IMG/VR virus record: IMGVR_UViG_3300028394_000044
Span: 64,001-128,000 of that record
Length of the DNA stretch: 64,000 bases
Direction: 5' to 3' (one strand)
Origin: a virus
In this document: positions 29,464 to 39,759 of the stretch, piece after piece
How the letters are laid out: each line of letters opens with the position of its first letter
Numbering within the stretch: the first letter of the stretch is position 1
The notes under the pieces: model-generated
Told to the model about the DNA's origin: nothing
The model's database searches: none
The model's input: the letters and a program-made list of their open reading frames with translations, nothing else
Made by a program: the position numbers and the translations under genes

Positions 29464-29917
29464 TAATATTTTTATATATTCAGACGAACAATTAATGTCT
29501 CGTCTAAAATTCTTCATTGGTGTATGTCTAGCAACTACACTAACTGGTATCGTATTTGTTGTTCTGTATTCAATTATTTTTGTTACACAACCATTGAATG
29601 CCATCAGTCCGATTGACCAAAAATTCTTTGAATTAATCATTCCTATTGCTACATTTTTAACAGGTACATTATCGGGCATCATGTTGTCGGGTGGTACAAA
29701 GGAAGAAAATGAAGCTAAATTGGCGGCAATGAAAATGGCTGGTGAAAATCAAGCGCAGGCAGCTAAAGCTGTACCATTCACACCACCTTCAGCGCCTGTG
29801 CCTGCAGCAGTTTTTGTACCTCAAGCAACTACTGATTTTGGTTCATTTAATGCCGCACCTATCACAGGTTTTGGTGGTAAATTAGCACCACCTCCAGCAC
29901 CACAGCCTGAAAAATGA
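29453..29917 (+). CDS. Two-TM membrane protein, holin candidate
   Basis: GTG start after AAGGAG; two hydrophobic helices; Pro-rich tail. Confidence 0.55.
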   Translation: MQNNNIFIYSDEQLMSRLKFFIGVCLATTLTGIVFVVLYSIIFVTQPLNAISPIDQKFFELIIPIATFLTGTLSGIMLSGGTKEENEAKLAAMKMAGENQAQAAKAVPFTPPSAPVPAAVFVPQATTDFGSFNAAPITGFGGKLAPPPAPQPEK

Positions 29918-30147
29918 TGAACGGATTGTTGCAAGACGGACATAATGGTTCTCTTAGTAGTAAGAGAGTCATTACTTTTCTTGCATTCATACTATGTGGC
30001 ATATCTTTTATTGCTAATTTATTTTGGAACTTTAAAATAGAAGCTCACATGTATGATGGTATGATATACTTGACCATGGCAGGTCTTGGATTTACTGTAA
30101 CAGAAAAATTTGCAACTATAAATAAAACAAATTCATTGGAGAAATAA
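29914..30147 (+). CDS. Small two-TM membrane protein
   Basis: SSKRV motif and two hydrophobic segments. Confidence 0.6.
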   Translation: MMNGLLQDGHNGSLSSKRVITFLAFILCGISFIANLFWNFKIEAHMYDGMIYLTMAGLGFTVTEKFATINKTNSLEK

Positions 30148-30148
30148 C

Positions 30149-30340
30149 ATGTCTGTCGTATTTAAAACCCTAGTGATTGCACTTTTTCTGTCTATTGGTA
30201 CTTTTGCTGTAGCTGAAATTAAAACTCAAAAGTCTTGTATAACTCAAAAAGATCCTAAAAATGGAAAAGAAAAAGAAGTATGCAAAACAATCAAGGTTCA
30301 CAAGAAATTGGAAGGAACAAAAGTTCCTGACAAAAAATAA
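30149..30340 (+). CDS. Small secreted basic protein
   Basis: Signal peptide, C..C..K.HKKLEGT. Confidence 0.55.
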   Translation: MSVVFKTLVIALFLSIGTFAVAEIKTQKSCITQKDPKNGKEKEVCKTIKVHKKLEGTKVPDKK

Positions 30341-30777
30341 TGGCTGATATAAATGATAATATTCAAATGAAGGTTGATGTTGGCGTCCTGAAAACGCAGG
30401 TCGCATCGATTACCAATTTGTGTGATAAAATGGATAAAGTTATTGAAAAATTAATAGATAACCATGACCGTATGGTTGAACAGATTTACACGGACATGGA
30501 AAAAAGAAAATCGGACACAATAATTGATATTAAAGAGATGCATTCTCGCATCACCACTATTGACAGAAGCCTATCTGATAAGATAGAATTGACAGAACGC
30601 CGTATTATGGAAGAAATTAAATCTCTCCGTGAAGATATTAGTGAACACAATAAAAGAGGAGATGACGAATTTAAAAAAATTCTTGAATGGAAATGGATGG
30701 CAGCTGGAGGTATAGTTGCCCTTGCTTGGATATTATCAAATGTAAAATTTGAGGCAATTAGTAAACTTTTTGGTTGA
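30340..30777 (+). CDS. Coiled-coil protein with C-terminal TM
   Basis: Heptad pattern, LEWKWMAAGG TM. Confidence 0.6.
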   Translation: MADINDNIQMKVDVGVLKTQVASITNLCDKMDKVIEKLIDNHDRMVEQIYTDMEKRKSDTIIDIKEMHSRITTIDRSLSDKIELTERRIMEEIKSLREDISEHNKRGDDEFKKILEWKWMAAGGIVALAWILSNVKFEAISKLFG

Positions 30778-30809
30778 CAATTCATGAAAAAGGTATATAA
30801 TGATTGAAT

Positions 30810-31841
30810 ATGTCACTTCCTACAGACCTCAAATTTATTCTTCTAGTCTCACCTAAATTCGAAAAATTTCAGCGTAAATCTGATTACCTCTTCAATGTGA
30901 GGTGCCCGATCTGCGGAGATTCGCAGAAAAATAAATCTAAAATGCGCGGCTACATTTACCGCAAAGGTAATGATCTATTTTACCGCTGTCACAATTGTGG
31001 CGCAGGAATGGGTATCGGCAATCTTCTCAAACACATGGATGGTTCTCTACATAGAGAATATATCCTTGAGCGTTACAAAACTGGCGAAATCAATACCAGC
31101 AACAATAAAACTCACATGTTTGATATACCAGCACCTCGATTCGGCAAGGTTGATATACCCACATACGAAAATGCAGAACGGTGTGATATGTTACCAGATG
31201 AACACTTCTGTAAAAAATACATAAAAGCCCGTCAAATACCAGAGTGGGCATTCAAAAAGTTATATTTCACAGCTAACTTTAAAAAGTTTTGTGATGAAAT
31301 TAATCCAAGTCATGGAAAAGAAGAACTTACACAAGACGCTAGGTTAATCATTCCTTTTTATGATGAATACAATTCTCTAATTGGTGTCTCTGGCAGAGCA
31401 TTAGTTATAGCAGACTATAAGTTGCGGTATATCAAAATAAAAGCAAATGATAATATAAAAAAGCTAATCTATGGAATAGATCGTATAGATACTACTCTGG
31501 CTGTAAAAATTGTTGAGGGTGAAATTGATTCTCTATTTTTGACCAATGCTATTGCATCGGGAGATTCCAGTTTATCAATAACCGCTGATGCTATTACAGC
31601 AAAAGAAAAAATATTAATTTTTGACAATGAGCCTAGAAATAAAGAAATTGTCAAATTGATGAGTAATGCTATCCTAGATGGTCGTAACATTGTTATTTGG
31701 CCTAATACTGTAGAAGGTAAAGATATCAATGAAATGGTGTTGAATGGCTTTTCATGTGACGAAATTGAAAGTATCATAAGTAATAACACATTCAAGGGTA
31801 TTGAAGCACAAATCAATTATAATTATTGGAAAAAAGTATAA
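30810..31841 (+). CDS. 61: DNA primase (T4 gp61)
   Basis: RCPICGDS..CHNC zinc finger, VEGEIDS, DNEPRN, KDINEM TOPRIM. Confidence 0.97.
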   Translation: MSLPTDLKFILLVSPKFEKFQRKSDYLFNVRCPICGDSQKNKSKMRGYIYRKGNDLFYRCHNCGAGMGIGNLLKHMDGSLHREYILERYKTGEINTSNNKTHMFDIPAPRFGKVDIPTYENAERCDMLPDEHFCKKYIKARQIPEWAFKKLYFTANFKKFCDEINPSHGKEELTQDARLIIPFYDEYNSLIGVSGRALVIADYKLRYIKIKANDNIKKLIYGIDRIDTTLAVKIVEGEIDSLFLTNAIASGDSSLSITADAITAKEKILIFDNEPRNKEIVKLMSNAILDGRNIVIWPNTVEGKDINEMVLNGFSCDEIESIISNNTFKGIEAQINYNYWKKV

Positions 31842-31842
31842 A

Positions 31843-32514
31843 ATGAAAGTAAAATTGATTAGTTCTAGCAAATCTTCAAGAGAGATGCATAGTGAGGGAA
31901 TGTATGATGTTCAAGACCTTATTGCGTTTTGTGCAAGGGTTTCAAACCCAAGCAACCAATTCAATACAGAGACTGCTGAGAAGCTGATTCGCTATTTGAT
32001 TAAGCACCAGCATTGGTCACCACTTGAAATGGTTTCAGCATGTTTGGAGATTGAAACCACCCGAGATATTGCAAGACAAATTCTCCGTCACCGTTCTTTT
32101 AGTTTCCAAGAGTTTAGCCAACGATATGCAGATCCAACTAAAGATTTGGATTTTGTTATTCGTGAGGCTAGGCTACAGGATACAAAGAACAGACAGAATA
32201 GTATTGTGACTGATGATGTAGTGTTGCAAGTATGGTGGAATGCGAAACAGCAATTTATTATTAATTATGTGAAAGAAACCTATGCTGAGGCAATGGCTAA
32301 AGGTATGGCTAAAGAACAAGCAAGGGTAATTTTACCAGAAGGTAATACTGTATCTCGCCTATACATGAATGGAACACTGCGTAGTTGGATCCATTTCATT
32401 GAGTTGCGTAGTGCTAATGGAACACAACAAGAACACAGAGAAGTTGCACGTGAGTGTGCAAGAGTCATTGCGGAGATTTTCCCAATGGCAGACGAATTCG
32501 TAGAAAAACAATAA
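31843..32514 (+). CDS. thyX: Flavin-dependent thymidylate synthase
   Basis: RHRSFSFQEFSQRY, EQAR..LP, Q.EHR. Confidence 0.97.
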   Translation: MKVKLISSSKSSREMHSEGMYDVQDLIAFCARVSNPSNQFNTETAEKLIRYLIKHQHWSPLEMVSACLEIETTRDIARQILRHRSFSFQEFSQRYADPTKDLDFVIREARLQDTKNRQNSIVTDDVVLQVWWNAKQQFIINYVKETYAEAMAKGMAKEQARVILPEGNTVSRLYMNGTLRSWIHFIELRSANGTQQEHREVARECARVIAEIFPMADEFVEKQ

Positions 32515-32526
32515 ACTGGAGTTAAA

Positions 32527-34326
32527 ATGGAAAATATCGTACATGATATTGTGGTAGATTATTCGCGTGATAAATTATTTGATGAATTGGGTAGAATGCG
32601 TTTAAAAGAAAGTTACATGAAAGATGAAGAAATATCTCCACAAGAAAGATTTGCTTTCGTTTCTAAAACCTTCGGGAGCAATCAAGAACATTCTCAACGT
32701 TTATATGAGTATTCTTCTAAGCATTGGCTATCATATTCTACTCCCATTCTTTCTTTTGGTCGTAGCAAGCGGGGCTTACCTATTTCTTGCTTTCTACCAT
32801 ATCTCCACGATAGTGCAGAAGGTTTGGTCAATTGCCTTTCAGAGGTAAATTGGCTAAGTATGTTAGGAGGAGGAATTGGAATTGGACTTGGTATTCGATC
32901 TGCTGACGATAAGTCTACTGGTATTATGCCTCATCTTCGGACATATGATGCGTCAAGCCTCGCATACCGTCAAGGTCGTACTCGCCGTGGTTCTTATGCC
33001 GCTTATCTTGATATTAGTCATCCAGACATACCTATCTTTTTGGAGATGAGAAAGCCAACGGGTGATCCAAACATGAGAGCGATGAATTTACATCATGGAA
33101 TTAATATTACTGATGATTTCATGCAATTGATTGAAAAGTCTATGATAAACCCGATGGCTGATGATACGTGGCAATTCAAAGACCCACATAATGGTGAAGT
33201 TCGTGATACTTGTTCAGCCCGTGATCTGTGGCAACAGATACTTGAAATGCGTATGCATACGGGTGAACCCTACATCCATTTTATTGATACTAGCAATCGA
33301 ATGATGCCTCAGTATCAAAAAGATTTGGGTCTAAAAATTAACCAATCCAATTTGTGCAGTGAAATTATTTTGCCCACCAACAAAGACCGCACTGCGGTGT
33401 GTTGTTTATCCTCGGTTAATTTAGAATACTATGATGAATGGAAAAATGATCCATTATTTCTACGTGACATTGCAGAAATGTTGGACAATGTATTGCAGTA
33501 TTTTATCGACCATGCAGAAGATAATATTTCTAGAGCAAAATTCAGCGCAACACAAGAACGTAGTATTGGCGTTGGTGCATTAGGTTTTCATGCTGCATTA
33601 CAAAAAAGAGGTATTGCATTTGAAGGTGTTATGGCTAAAGTGACCAACAATCAAATGTTCAAACACATTAGAACTAAACTAAATGAAGCTAATTTAGAGT
33701 TGGGGGCTGAAAGAGGTTCTCCAGCAGATTGCGTGGGCACAGGATTACGTTTTGCTCATGTCATGGCTATTGCTCCTAATGCATCATCCTCTATCATTAT
33801 GGGCAATACCAGTCCCTCTATTGAACCATATCGGGCCAATGCATATCGTCAAGATACACTCTCGGGATCACACCTGACTAAGAATAAATGGCTTGATAGA
33901 ATCATACAAAAAGAAGCTGAAAATCACAAAGAAATCTGGTGGTCAGATGAAGTTTGGTCTTCAATCATTGCAAACGATGGTTCAGTTCAACATTTAACTT
34001 GGCTATCAGATATTGACAAAGAGGTGTTTAAAACTTCAATGGAAATTGACCAGCGTTGGATAATTGAACATGCGGCAGATCGTCAACAATATGTTGACCA
34101 AGCACAGTCATTGAATGTATTTTTCCGACCTGATGCTAACATTAAATATCTACATGCAGTTCATTTTCTTGCATGGAAAAAAGGTTTAAAAACATTATAC
34201 TATTGCCGTTCCGAAAAGTTAGCTAAGGCTGACAAGGTATCTAAACGGATTGAGCGTGAAGTTATAAAAGAACTGGATATGTCATTGATTGTTCAGGGTA
34301 ACGAATGTTTGGCTTGCGAAGGTTAA
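32527..34326 (+). CDS. nrdA: Class I ribonucleotide reductase alpha subunit (no ATP cone)
   Basis: PISCF, SNLCSE, AIAPNASSS, KTLYY, C-terminal CLAC. Confidence 0.97.
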   Translation: MENIVHDIVVDYSRDKLFDELGRMRLKESYMKDEEISPQERFAFVSKTFGSNQEHSQRLYEYSSKHWLSYSTPILSFGRSKRGLPISCFLPYLHDSAEGLVNCLSEVNWLSMLGGGIGIGLGIRSADDKSTGIMPHLRTYDASSLAYRQGRTRRGSYAAYLDISHPDIPIFLEMRKPTGDPNMRAMNLHHGINITDDFMQLIEKSMINPMADDTWQFKDPHNGEVRDTCSARDLWQQILEMRMHTGEPYIHFIDTSNRMMPQYQKDLGLKINQSNLCSEIILPTNKDRTAVCCLSSVNLEYYDEWKNDPLFLRDIAEMLDNVLQYFIDHAEDNISRAKFSATQERSIGVGALGFHAALQKRGIAFEGVMAKVTNNQMFKHIRTKLNEANLELGAERGSPADCVGTGLRFAHVMAIAPNASSSIIMGNTSPSIEPYRANAYRQDTLSGSHLTKNKWLDRIIQKEAENHKEIWWSDEVWSSIIANDGSVQHLTWLSDIDKEVFKTSMEIDQRWIIEHAADRQQYVDQAQSLNVFFRPDANIKYLHAVHFLAWKKGLKTLYYCRSEKLAKADKVSKRIEREVIKELDMSLIVQGNECLACEG

Positions 34327-34457
34327 TGGAAAAAAATATCAAAGCAAGAATCTCATAAACCATATGTTTGGTGGATTATGCGTATAATTGAAATGATAAC
34401 GTGTTTACATATCATAGCGGGTGTTTGGAGACATTGGTAAAAAATTTAAGAAATAAA

Positions 34458-35114
34458 ATGAAAACTATAGCATTATTCCAAGACGATAGAAATAAAGAAT
34501 CAATATCTTGTGGGGATGGTGTGATTGAAGCACTATCTTCACATTATAATATCAAAATATTTAAGAAAGAAGAATGTACATTGGAAACATTTGAGAATGT
34601 TGATATGCTGGTATTTCCAGGAGGTGTTGGTGATGCTGATGATTATTTTCATATGTTTCCCAGAAAAAGAGCAAATGCAATAGTTGAATTTATTGAAAAA
34701 GGTGGTGCATATCTTGGCATATGCGTGGGTGCTTATTGGGCTGGTCCAGATTATTTTGATATACTAAAAGGTGCTGAACCTGTACAATATATAAAAAGAC
34801 CAACCGCAGACATTACGAGAAGTTTTAATATTGCGGCTCATTGTATATGGGAAGGAGAAGAAGAACAAATATTCTTTCGTGATGGTTGTACATTTGTAGG
34901 AGACCTTAGTCATTCAGAAATAGTAAGCACATATTTTAATAGAGAACCAATGTGTATTGTTCAAGGTAAGATTGGTGTGATGGGTGCATGTTTAGATTCG
35001 TTAGAGTGGTGGTATGATAACAAAAAATTAAAACAATACTGGCATGAAGGTAGGCACCACAAATTGCTTTTAGATTTTGTAGACAAATTAATTAATTATA
35101 AAGAAAGTAGATAA
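34458..35114 (+). CDS. Class I glutamine-amidotransferase-like (BPL_N-like) protein
   Basis: FPGG.GD and YLGICVGAYWA nucleophile elbow. Confidence 0.7.
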   Translation: MKTIALFQDDRNKESISCGDGVIEALSSHYNIKIFKKEECTLETFENVDMLVFPGGVGDADDYFHMFPRKRANAIVEFIEKGGAYLGICVGAYWAGPDYFDILKGAEPVQYIKRPTADITRSFNIAAHCIWEGEEEQIFFRDGCTFVGDLSHSEIVSTYFNREPMCIVQGKIGVMGACLDSLEWWYDNKKLKQYWHEGRHHKLLLDFVDKLINYKESR

Positions 35115-35118
35115 AGAA

Positions 35119-35559
35119 ATGGAAAAAATAATAACAACAATCCTATTGGCACTGTGTATCGCACCAGTATTTGCCCAAAAAGAAAAAAGTGGTGTAACTT
35201 ATGATGTGGTATTGACAAGGGTTATAGATGGTGATACCGTAGCGTTTCAAGCCAGCTGGTTACCTGATCCATTGAAGAAGGAACTAAGCCTTCGTGTCTT
35301 TGGTGTTGACACTCCAGAAAAAGGATTCCGTGCAAAATGTCCAAGTGAAGATGCCCGCGGTCAAGCTGCATCCACTTTCACTAAAGCACAAATTAATGCA
35401 TCACAGAAAAAACAGATTATCTTAATGGATTGGGACAAGTATGGTGGACGAGTATTGGGTGACTTGATACTTGATGGTAAGAGTTTAAGACAAATGTTAA
35501 TAGCAAATGGTTTTGCCCGTGAATATTACGGTGAAGCCAAAACTTCATGGTGCGAATAA
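35119..35559 (+). CDS. Secreted thermonuclease (SNase family)
   Basis: Signal peptide, VIDGDT, GVDTPE, DKYGGR. Confidence 0.9.
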   Translation: MEKIITTILLALCIAPVFAQKEKSGVTYDVVLTRVIDGDTVAFQASWLPDPLKKELSLRVFGVDTPEKGFRAKCPSEDARGQAASTFTKAQINASQKKQIILMDWDKYGGRVLGDLILDGKSLRQMLIANGFAREYYGEAKTSWCE

Positions 35560-35560
35560 T

Positions 35561-36553
35561 ATGATTAAAAAAATAGCTTCTAAATTAACCGATGACAGAG
35601 ATGCATTTAAGCCTTTCAATTATCCATGGGCATATGATGCATGGTTAAAACATGAACAAAGTCATTGGTTACACACTGAAGTGCCGATGCTTGAAGACGT
35701 TAAAGATTGGAAGAAACGCCTAACAGTTGAAGAGAAACAATTCTTAACCCATATCTTTCGATTCTTCACACAAGGTGATATTGATGTAGCCGGTGGTTAT
35801 GTTAACAACTATCTTCCTTACTTTCCACAGCCTGAAGTTAGAATGATGTTGTTAGGTTTTGCAGCTAGAGAAGCATTACACGTAGCAGCTTATTCACACT
35901 TGATTGAAACTCTCGGTTTGCCTGAGACCATGTACAATGAATTCTTATCATACCAAGAAATGAAAGATAAGCACGATTATGTAATGGACATATCAGATAA
36001 AAATGGCACCAAAGAAAACACAGCCCGTCATATTGCAGTTTTTAGCGCATTCACTGAAGGTATGCAGTTGTTCTCTTCATTCATTATGTTGTTAAACTTC
36101 CCACGCCATGGCAAGATGAAAGGTATGGGTCAGATTGTTACTTGGTCTATCGTTGATGAAACAATGCACGCCGAGAATATGATGAAGTTGTTTAAAACTT
36201 ACATCAATGAAAATCAGGAAATATGGACTGATGATTTGAAGAGTTCAATTTACACTATTGCTGAGAAAATGGTAGCACTTGAAGATAAATTTATTGATCT
36301 AGCATTTGGTATTAATGAAGGTGAAAACCTAACAAAAGAGGACGTGAAAAAATATATTCGGTATATTGCAGATCGTAGGCTGATTGGTTTGGGCATGAAG
36401 GGCATTTTTAAAGTCAAACGTAATCCATTGCCATGGGTTGAAGAAATGATTAATGCACCGACACACACAAACTTTTTTGAGAACCGAGCTACAGATTATG
36501 CAAAAGGTGCATTGTCTGGCACATGGGGTGATGTTTGGGGTAAAGCTGCATAA
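35561..36553 (+). CDS. nrdB: Ribonucleotide reductase beta subunit
   Basis: REALH..AY, EG..LFSSF, DETMH, NFFENRATDY. Confidence 0.97.
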   Translation: MIKKIASKLTDDRDAFKPFNYPWAYDAWLKHEQSHWLHTEVPMLEDVKDWKKRLTVEEKQFLTHIFRFFTQGDIDVAGGYVNNYLPYFPQPEVRMMLLGFAAREALHVAAYSHLIETLGLPETMYNEFLSYQEMKDKHDYVMDISDKNGTKENTARHIAVFSAFTEGMQLFSSFIMLLNFPRHGKMKGMGQIVTWSIVDETMHAENMMKLFKTYINENQEIWTDDLKSSIYTIAEKMVALEDKFIDLAFGINEGENLTKEDVKKYIRYIADRRLIGLGMKGIFKVKRNPLPWVEEMINAPTHTNFFENRATDYAKGALSGTWGDVWGKAA

Positions 36554-36630
36554 CGGCAAACATCCAATATTCTATTGACATTTGACAGAAAGAGAGCTAT
36601 AATAAGTTCTCTTTCTTATTGGAACATACC

Positions 36631-36819
36631 ATGATTAAAATTACATTTATTTTCTTATTGATTCTTTTTGCCGTAGTATTCAGCCCACTCATATCAATTT
36701 GGTCATTGAATACAATATTCACAACAAATATTGCATATACCTTTGAAACTTGGGCAGCTACAGTTTGGTTGACTATATTAATTTTTGGTCGAATTAGCAT
36801 GAAAACCAATGAAAAGTAA
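36631..36819 (+). CDS. Small membrane protein
   Basis: Two hydrophobic segments, IWSLNT.F motif. Confidence 0.55.
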   Translation: MIKITFIFLLILFAVVFSPLISIWSLNTIFTTNIAYTFETWAATVWLTILIFGRISMKTNEK

Positions 36820-37087
36820 AAAACTAACAGAATTAGCCAAACAAGCAGGCTTTGTTTTCTGGGAAGAAGATGAAGGTGCACCTTGGCATGACGAGACTGA
36901 TATCGATTGGTCTAGCGACTACACCAAAGAGGTTGAACGATTATATGGTATCATCTTGCTTGAAATATTAAAAACAATCGATGAGACAAATGTAAATTCC
37001 GTAGTATTTACATCATATGATGTTGACGTATGCAAGTATGTCAAGAATTTGATACGTAAGAACGTTGCTCAAAAATTTGGAGAATAA
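36809..37087 (+). CDS. Hypothetical protein
   Basis: ELAKQAGF..IDWS motif, related to the MNERIKEL family. Confidence 0.55.
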   Translation: MKSKKLTELAKQAGFVFWEEDEGAPWHDETDIDWSSDYTKEVERLYGIILLEILKTIDETNVNSVVFTSYDVDVCKYVKNLIRKNVAQKFGE

Positions 37088-37453
37088 CAATGAGACTAAT
37101 TGATTTAATCCATTCATTTAACACAAAGGAAAATTAAAATGGCAGACGAAAAAGAAAAAACATCTAAAGCAAAAGCTGTGCAAATTGCAACAGCAACCAC
37201 CAATACAGGTCAAGTTGTATTGTTTGCATTGCTTGATGATGGAACAATTCAGTCAATTCGACCAATGGCAGAGGAATCGGATTGGGTTGTAGTTAAAAAA
37301 GTAAAATGAACAAAACTCTAGTTGCATTTGGTGTTTTGTTGTATAATCTTGCCATTGTAGCCGGCACCGCATATATGTGTGCCGAATATGATTGGTCGCC
37401 TTGGACTTTTTTAGCTACATGGGTTTTTCTTATTACTTTTAAAGAGGATACGG

Positions 37454-37756
37454 ATGATAAACATTGATACTGATAGAATAGATTTTTCGATCAAACACTA
37501 TGCTATTGGTGGTAAAATGCTCATTGGTAAATATGAGTTAGCTTCAAACGAATTTGAAAACTTTAAATTTGAACCAAAATTAGTTGATTATATTAAAGAA
37601 AAACTAGCATACGAGTTGGCTAAAAAAATGATTGAAGATAGACTGATCGGATTCACCGAGTATAAAAATATAAGTACAGATTCATCAACAATAGCCTTTC
37701 GTTGCTACTTAGCCCCCGATGACCAAATCAAAATATTAAGGGCATATAATGTTTAG
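37454..37756 (+). CDS. Hypothetical protein
   Basis: ORF with GAGG RBS. Confidence 0.55.
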   Translation: MINIDTDRIDFSIKHYAIGGKMLIGKYELASNEFENFKFEPKLVDYIKEKLAYELAKKMIEDRLIGFTEYKNISTDSSTIAFRCYLAPDDQIKILRAYNV

Positions 37757-38306
37757 TAAAGCAGACAATGCTGAAATTTTATCAGTCAAAGCATTGATAA
37801 AAATTAAACTGAATACTGCATTAAAATCTTTGCCGCCAGAATTGAGTAAATTTATAAGTGATTTTGGTATCGTTTCAGGTGGTATTTCAGCATCAATTAT
37901 TCATAATGAAAAAGTCAATGATATTGATATATACCTCAAAACTGAAAAAGCTATCGATACCTTTAATCAAGCGATTTTACACGATTCGGTTAAGGATCAT
38001 ATTTCTGATGTAGATGAAAATTATAGTAATGTCTTGGTAAAAGGTAAAATGGTTACATCATGTGCAGTTACTTTTGGCTGTAATATACAAGTTATTACCA
38101 TGTATGCATCAATTGCAAGAACAACTTTTGATTTTATTCATACGATGCCATACTATGATATTTCAATGGATACATATTTTATCTCGCGGGCTGAATATGA
38201 TTCTATTATTAGTAAAAAACTAATTGCAAATCCAAATGGGACAACCACACCAAAAAGAATAAAGAAATTCATAGACAGAGGATGGTCATATGATGAAAAC
38301 CAGTGA
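37749..38306 (+). CDS. Pol-beta-type nucleotidyltransferase (CCA/poly(A)-polymerase head-like)
   Basis: SGG.SAS..DIDIY, FDFIH, R..KF..RGW. Confidence 0.65.
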   Translation: MFSKADNAEILSVKALIKIKLNTALKSLPPELSKFISDFGIVSGGISASIIHNEKVNDIDIYLKTEKAIDTFNQAILHDSVKDHISDVDENYSNVLVKGKMVTSCAVTFGCNIQVITMYASIARTTFDFIHTMPYYDISMDTYFISRAEYDSIISKKLIANPNGTTTPKRIKKFIDRGWSYDENQ

Positions 38307-38418
38307 ATAAAAATAGAGCCGGCATTCTAGTAAATACTAGTGTTTATACTTAGTTTTTATTGCATTGCAGCATATATAATGTTATACTTATGCTCACTAA
38401 AGAGGTCACTATAATTTT

Positions 38419-38562
38419 ATGTTAAAAAAACTAATCGAACTATTCAAACCAAAATCTTTCCACTGCCAAATGGAAGAGTATATCAATTCAAAAAATCCAA
38501 CGTGTGAAGCTGATGTTGAACGACTGATGCGCCAATACACATTAAGAAGAGGTTCTCTATGA
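38419..38562 (+). CDS. Small DUF3563-like protein (not in ORF track)
   Basis: MLKKLIELF..MEEYINSKNPTCEADVERLMRQY. Confidence 0.5.
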   Translation: MLKKLIELFKPKSFHCQMEEYINSKNPTCEADVERLMRQYTLRRGSL

Positions 38563-38630
38563 TTGAAATACTCCGTGAAATTTTAGAACTAATGAAAAAC
38601 CAACCAATCGCTTACCAATAAGGATAAACA

Positions 38631-38858
38631 ATGACAAATTTTACCGACACAACCAAAATCTCCGACCTTGCACTAGCTATGATTACAGCTAATGACTCTG
38701 CTACAAAATCATATATTTCCGCACTGAACCAATTTGTAGGTTCTGAATATGCTACATATACGTATGGACTAACCTACATAGCATCAGAAATTACAAAAAA
38801 TGCAAGAAAAATCGTTGAAGAATTCGCTACTCTTGCGCCAGCAGGAATTAAAGGCTAA
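38631..38858 (+). CDS. Small Ala/Thr-rich helical protein (phasin-like?)
   Basis: AAGGA RBS; amphipathic composition. Confidence 0.45.
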   Translation: MTNFTDTTKISDLALAMITANDSATKSYISALNQFVGSEYATYTYGLTYIASEITKNARKIVEEFATLAPAGIKG

Positions 38859-39055
38859 TACAAAATATCATAGACCTGTTGTAAGAAACGGGTGGATCAT
38901 ACAATTCTCAGTGTATAAAGACTCTGAGATTTTATTGTTTATGACCTCTCGATATACAGGTCAAACGATAGTTAGATTTTTCAGTGATGAAGATCCTGCT
39001 GTGAAGTTTATCAATATGCTGATGCATAGAGACTCAACAACAATTCAACGAATTT

Positions 39056-39078
39056 AACCCACATTCAGTGGGTTTTTT
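39056..39078 (+). terminator. Intrinsic terminator
   Basis: AACCCAC-attca-GTGGGTT followed by T run. Confidence 0.75.
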
Positions 39079-39335
39079 CATTATTGCCTGACATAAATCT
39101 ATTTTTGGTGTATAATACATTAAGGAGCAAACTATGAGCATAATCCTATCGTGTCTACATGAAGTTGAAAACACATATGATGGACATACAATCATTACTA
39201 AAAATTATGATCGTAAGAGTAGGCGAGCTATATCTTACATGAGTGTATGCACAAAGTGTAAATTGCAATATGTAACGGATGATGCAATTTTTGCCAATGA
39301 AGATGAAGCTATTAACTGGATGTTTGGAGAATAAT

Positions 39336-39581
39336 ATGACAGTATTTGAATTGATTGAACGATTGAAAGAACTTGACCAAGAAGCTATGGTCGTAGTAAA
39401 TGGCTACGAAGGTGGCGTAAACGAGGTCAAATATGCTACTGAATCAGAATTAGCATTGGATGTTAACACCGCTTGGTACTATGGCAAACACGAACTGGTG
39501 AGCCACAGTTACGAAGATATGAGTGAGTACAAAAAAATAAACTCGGTGCATCTTGGTGGACTTGGTGGATTAAGTGACTAA
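39336..39581 (+). CDS. Hypothetical protein
   Basis: MTV.ELIE.L..GYEGG phage motif. Confidence 0.6.
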   Translation: MTVFELIERLKELDQEAMVVVNGYEGGVNEVKYATESELALDVNTAWYYGKHELVSHSYEDMSEYKKINSVHLGGLGGLSD

Positions 39582-39759
39582 TTATGGATCATAAACAATA
39601 TATCAATTTTGAAGACTGGTTTGATGAACTTGAAAGTTATAGCATGAGGTCAGAAAGATTCTTTGAAAGCCTTGGTCAATTTAAAGAAGGCCAATTATAC
39701 CAAAGAAACTTAATCTTGTGGTTAGAATCAGCATTCCAAGCTGGAAGAGAAAGCAAATA

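Noticed and set aside
34324-34440. Open frame continuing after the nrdA stop (possible readthrough)
   Set aside because: NrdA ends in its canonical CxxC tail. The downstream stretch is more simply a small membrane ORF with an internal ATG or an A-run frameshift; this cannot be resolved here.
4079-36553. Introns or inteins in gp43, gp41, UvsX, NrdA, NrdB
   Set aside because: All have normal length and contiguous motifs.
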